A stretch of 64,000 nucleotides of DNA from Amoebophrya sp. A120 (Eukaryota; Protista; Dinoflagellata). Of the stretch, positions 60,307-64,000 are shown piece by piece. The position numbers and the translations under genes are program-made. The notes beneath the pieces were generated by a model. That model made no database searches. It was given only the letters and a program-made list of their open reading frames with translations, and was not told where the DNA came from. Numbering within the stretch: position 1 is the first letter of the stretch; the number at the start of each line of letters is the position of its first letter. The stretch is from positions 786,609 to 850,608 of the forward strand of contig CAJINV010000018.1 in the NCBI GenBank assembly GCA_905178155.1, in the 5' to 3' direction.

Positions 60307-63300
60307 TTATTTTTTCCATCTTCTATAATGACAAAAGACATGGACTCGACAAACTACACCACCTCCGGATACATTTTTCTTCGTCCTCTCCCCGCGAAAA
60401 GGGTCGCAGTCGAGATAGGGCATACGGAAGAATTCGTAGCCGCTTTTCGCCAGCAGCCACGTCTCGAATTTGTCTTTTCCGGTGGGGGTTCTTTCGCAGC
60501 CCTTGCTCCGGAAAAAATGATTTGGGCCGTCGTATTCCAGAATGATGGTCCGGTCTCGCTCCTCTGGGTAGGAGAAATTGCAGCTGGTAGGCCTGTGGAC
60601 CACATCATGATGAGAACAATGCTGATTGTGATCAGTCCCATTGTTGGTATCGCCGGGAACAATTTGGCTGTTAGAGTTCCTCCTCCTTCGCGACGACAGC
60701 AAGAACTGTGGATCGACATCCAACACAAAGTCCACAGACCGGTCCAACAGCGTTATTACAATGAAAAATGCCCCCACCCCCGAACCTGGGAGCATTGGTA
60801 TTGCAAACCTTTCCAAATGAAACACTCGCCCTCATGCATCTATTAGCATCACAGGTTTCCGATCGTGAAGAGCAAAAATCTGTATTGCAAAAGATCCCAG
60901 CAAGAGCGGCGCTTGTCATGCAAGTGATGCGATACACGCCTAGAATCTGCATCAGAAAGATTCGCACGCCTTTCATGCATGACAAAAAGTTTTCATTTGG
61001 AAACTTCGCATCACAAATATTAATATTTGCAATTTCAGGGGTGGGGGCACTTTTCACTGTAATAAGCGTGATCCAGACTTCGCGTCGGTGCTTCAAGCCG
61101 AAGCTGTCCATTTCCCGGGTCAGGTACTTCTCCGATAGAGTGGGCGCAAAAGCGGTGAATGGCGTGTTCTGCGAGATGTAGGACGACCTCACTCCGCGGG
61201 GATCGGCAGACGCCGGAGTCGACGAAGCCCTCGTCGCGCCGAAAGTAGCTGCTCTACTAGCTCCCAGCTTAGCTGCGCCTTGATGGTCTGCTCCCGAACC
61301 CGTAGGTGCAGTGTTCAATTTCTTCACCTGCGACGTCACGGCCAGGCGCTGCAGTTTCGCTCGCAAAAAATCCGCCTCTGCAGTGAAATCCAGCGCTATC
61401 GCTGCACGCAGCGCCATCCGGAGATCCGTCTGGTGTAGGTGGTGGTGCGTAGAACGCGGCGCTGGCGGTATTTGCGCTTGATATCTTCGGGCCATACGGT
61501 CGTCATCATCTTCCCCGCGGCCAGTGCAGCTGCTCGAAAGACGGCTTGCAGTTGTGGCGGTGGTGCAAGAATTTCTACTCGACGCTGTGGTCGCTCCTTC
61601 TTCTCGCGCCATCGCTACCCTCTCTAGTTCCATGATTGGAGCGAACAAACAGGCTTGCGCGAAATCGCGAAACTCGCTAGCCTGGTGCCAGTCAATCGGT
61701 TTTGTCGCAGTCAAGGTTGTGGATGCAGCTGCGTCGGCACTAGAACGATGAGGACTACTAGCGCCGCCATTCGCCCCTAACACGCAGAAGCTCCAGACAA
61801 CGTTCGCGGCTTGTCGCAAATCTGGTGAAGATGATCCAGTGATGCTGCTGCGTCCTCCCTTACTCCGGCGGTGCCCCTGCTCCACAAGTCCAGAATTGTT
61901 TTCGGCCGCCTTTGTGGCGCCAAAAGCAACACCTCCGGCTGCGTTTGTTCTTTCGCAACAAGTAGCAGTCTCCTCGGATGTTTCGACGTCGGTTGAAGAT
62001 GCTCTACCTCTAGTACAACTTTCTGGTCGTGCATCAAAGAAAAAAAGTTCGTCACGATCACTCATGCGCATTTTCGCAAGACAAAACTTTCTGTCATGCG
62101 TAAAAATGCATCACAGCCACACTTCATAAGGGATTTCTCTAGTGTTTCTGCAATACAGAGGAAAGTTGTGATGCTAAAAAAATTTCTAAATGCAAAGCCT
62201 GCAAGTTAATGACTGTGATATATAAACTTTTTTCTCTCCATATCGTGATCCCAACATCACGTTCCTCGCCTCGCGAAAAATCCTCTCTTCCAGCATTTTA
62301 TCCCGGCAGTCGAGAATGGCCATGCACCGGATGATCTGCACGCACGCAAGCCAATCCAGCTTCTCAAACTCTTTGATCGCTTTCACTTTGCCCAACACCT
62401 GCACCAAAAGCGCGTCCTCGCGCCACCGCCACTCGGTGCAGAAGTACAAAATGTTAGACAGATTCCGCAAGTGCACCTTCGCTAATTTTGCGGACGGTTT
62501 GTGGCAGAAGATGGCGTTGAAGCAGGCTGGGTGGGATAACTTCCTCAAAAATTCTATCAGTTCTAAAAACGTCCCCACCCCATAGGTGTCACACAATAAA
62601 TTCTGCATGCCAAAAACGTTTCTCATGCGCAGGCCCATGAGAAGTAATTTCCAGTCGTGTTTTGGAATTTGTTATGCTATAATCAGCATGCTAAGCTACC
62701 TCTGTGATGCTTCCGAACTAGCTGAACAGGACTACAATACAAGGACGGACTTGTCATGCCAAACAACCAAAGTTGGCTGATTTGTCTAGCAGATTTCCGA
62801 TCGTGTTGCTGATGTGGGGACGTTTTTACTCAGGATAAATTCCTCCGCAAAGGGAAAGACCAGCCGTTCCTGGTCGCTGTCTGGCAGTTTCGCCATTCCG
62901 TACAGAAAACTTCCGACATCGTGACAGTTCCAAAACAGGGCAGGTGGTTCTCGGGCGGCTACAGGCGTAGTGGCAGGGACAGTTGGGCAGCTGGCAACAA
63001 CATCACCGCTGCTTTGCGACTGCGATTCCGAACAAGAATGTGAGGACAGATCACTATCGCGCTCGCCATTAACAAATCCCGGCGACTTTCCTGGTTCGAG
63101 AAACGAATCAGTGTCCTGACCGAGCACTGCTTCCCGGCCTGTTGTCCTGACCGGCCGTTGTCCTGACGGAGCACTGCTTTCGTCCGACAGACCAGAGCCT
63201 CCGCTTTCGGAAAAATTGTCGCGCTCGACGCAATTATCCGCACATTTGGACGACGAGTTTTTATCAGTATCAACAGCATCAATCTCCGGCACGAATAGCA

Positions 63301-64000
63301 TTTTCACAGCGAACTCGAACCCTTCCTTCGCCAGGTCGAGGGGTAAAATCCCCCTGCCGCCGAAGGACGCGATGACGTTTGTGAACTCACGGCAGTGTGC
63401 TGGCTCCTTCAGCTGGTCCCAACGTTTTTGCAGCAATCCCTCCATTTCACTGAAAGGCAGATGCAGCTCCGCGCTGGCCGCCGCGGTGAGGGAGCACACC
63501 AGGTCGGTGGGCCGGGCGTGCGGCGAACGCCAGATTTCGTAGAATGTGTCTTGTAATGAAGAGACTGGCGCTGGGCCTCGGGAAATCAAGTCGCCACTGG
63601 TATTGTGGCTTATTTTCTGAAGACCCTTGCCTTCGTTCATGGTTCTTCTTGTAGAAGGCGAGTCATTTTGATTGTTCTGATGGTTGGCGGGGACAAAGGC
63701 TCCTGCTCCGCCTCGTCGTCGCGCTTCTGCTTTGCTCGCTACCGAGCCTTGTTTCTTTCCACCGCCGCCGCGTACAGCTGCGTCGTGGAGCTTGTCCAGC
63801 AAACATTGCACCTCCGGGTGCGCCGTTTGCTCCGCAAGAAACTCAGACGTGTGTTTTCGTAGTTCTGCGGTAGGAACTACGCCTCGGTGCTGATGGGCAG
63901 GTCTTGAAGATGTCGCTTTCGTTTTGATGTTCGTCGACGAGCTGCGAGAAGCGCACTTCGTTGGTCCGTCTCCCCCCGTTGAAATGGAAATCGACACACG
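60307..64000 (-). CDS. RAP-domain (FASTK/OPR-like) RNA-binding protein; 5' end probably outside window
   Basis: IILEYDGPNHFF..LLAKSGYEFFRMPY; helical-repeat-like segments RNLSNILY, RQAANVVWSF, HDVGSFLYGMAKL. Confidence 0.75.
60754..61064. mobile_element. Introner family I
   Basis: DR agcgt; close copy of 38484-38788. Confidence 0.9.
62555..62837. mobile_element. Introner family C
   Basis: DR aattc. Confidence 0.9.

Noticed and set aside
56-62837. Recurrent palindromic repeats read as a CRISPR array or bacterial REP elements
   Set aside because: They are dispersed, paired as TIRs with TSDs, lie inside eukaryotic genes, and have no regular spacers or cas genes
1-64000. tRNA, rRNA or dinoflagellate spliced-leader relics
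   Set aside because: None recognised by eye; a covariance-model search would be needed to exclude them

Overview
Eukaryotic genomic DNA, most consistent with an Amoebophrya-like parasitic dinoflagellate (Syndiniales); this is inferred from architecture, not a database match. About 15 multi-exon protein genes all lie on the minus strand: Mpo1/DUF962, DUF268, GT61-type glycosyltransferase, a mitochondrial 2-oxoglutarate/malate-type carrier, two single-domain ion channels with EF-hands, a SET methyltransferase, a RAP-domain protein and several hypotheticals. The dominant feature is 57 hand-delimited introner elements in 11 TIR families (my labels A-K). They typically start TAT and end ATA, sit between 5-bp target duplications, lack GT-AG ends, occur in both orientations (seen for families A and B) and share an internal GCAT(G/T/C)ACAAA-like motif. 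Wherever I checked, removing the element plus one duplication restores the reading frame. Nested or adjacent oddities are a LINE-like 3' fragment and a Helitron-like element (with a foreign gene fragment and an N) inside introners, and a 1.35-kb foldback palindrome. Coordinates were counted by hand and may be off by a few bases.
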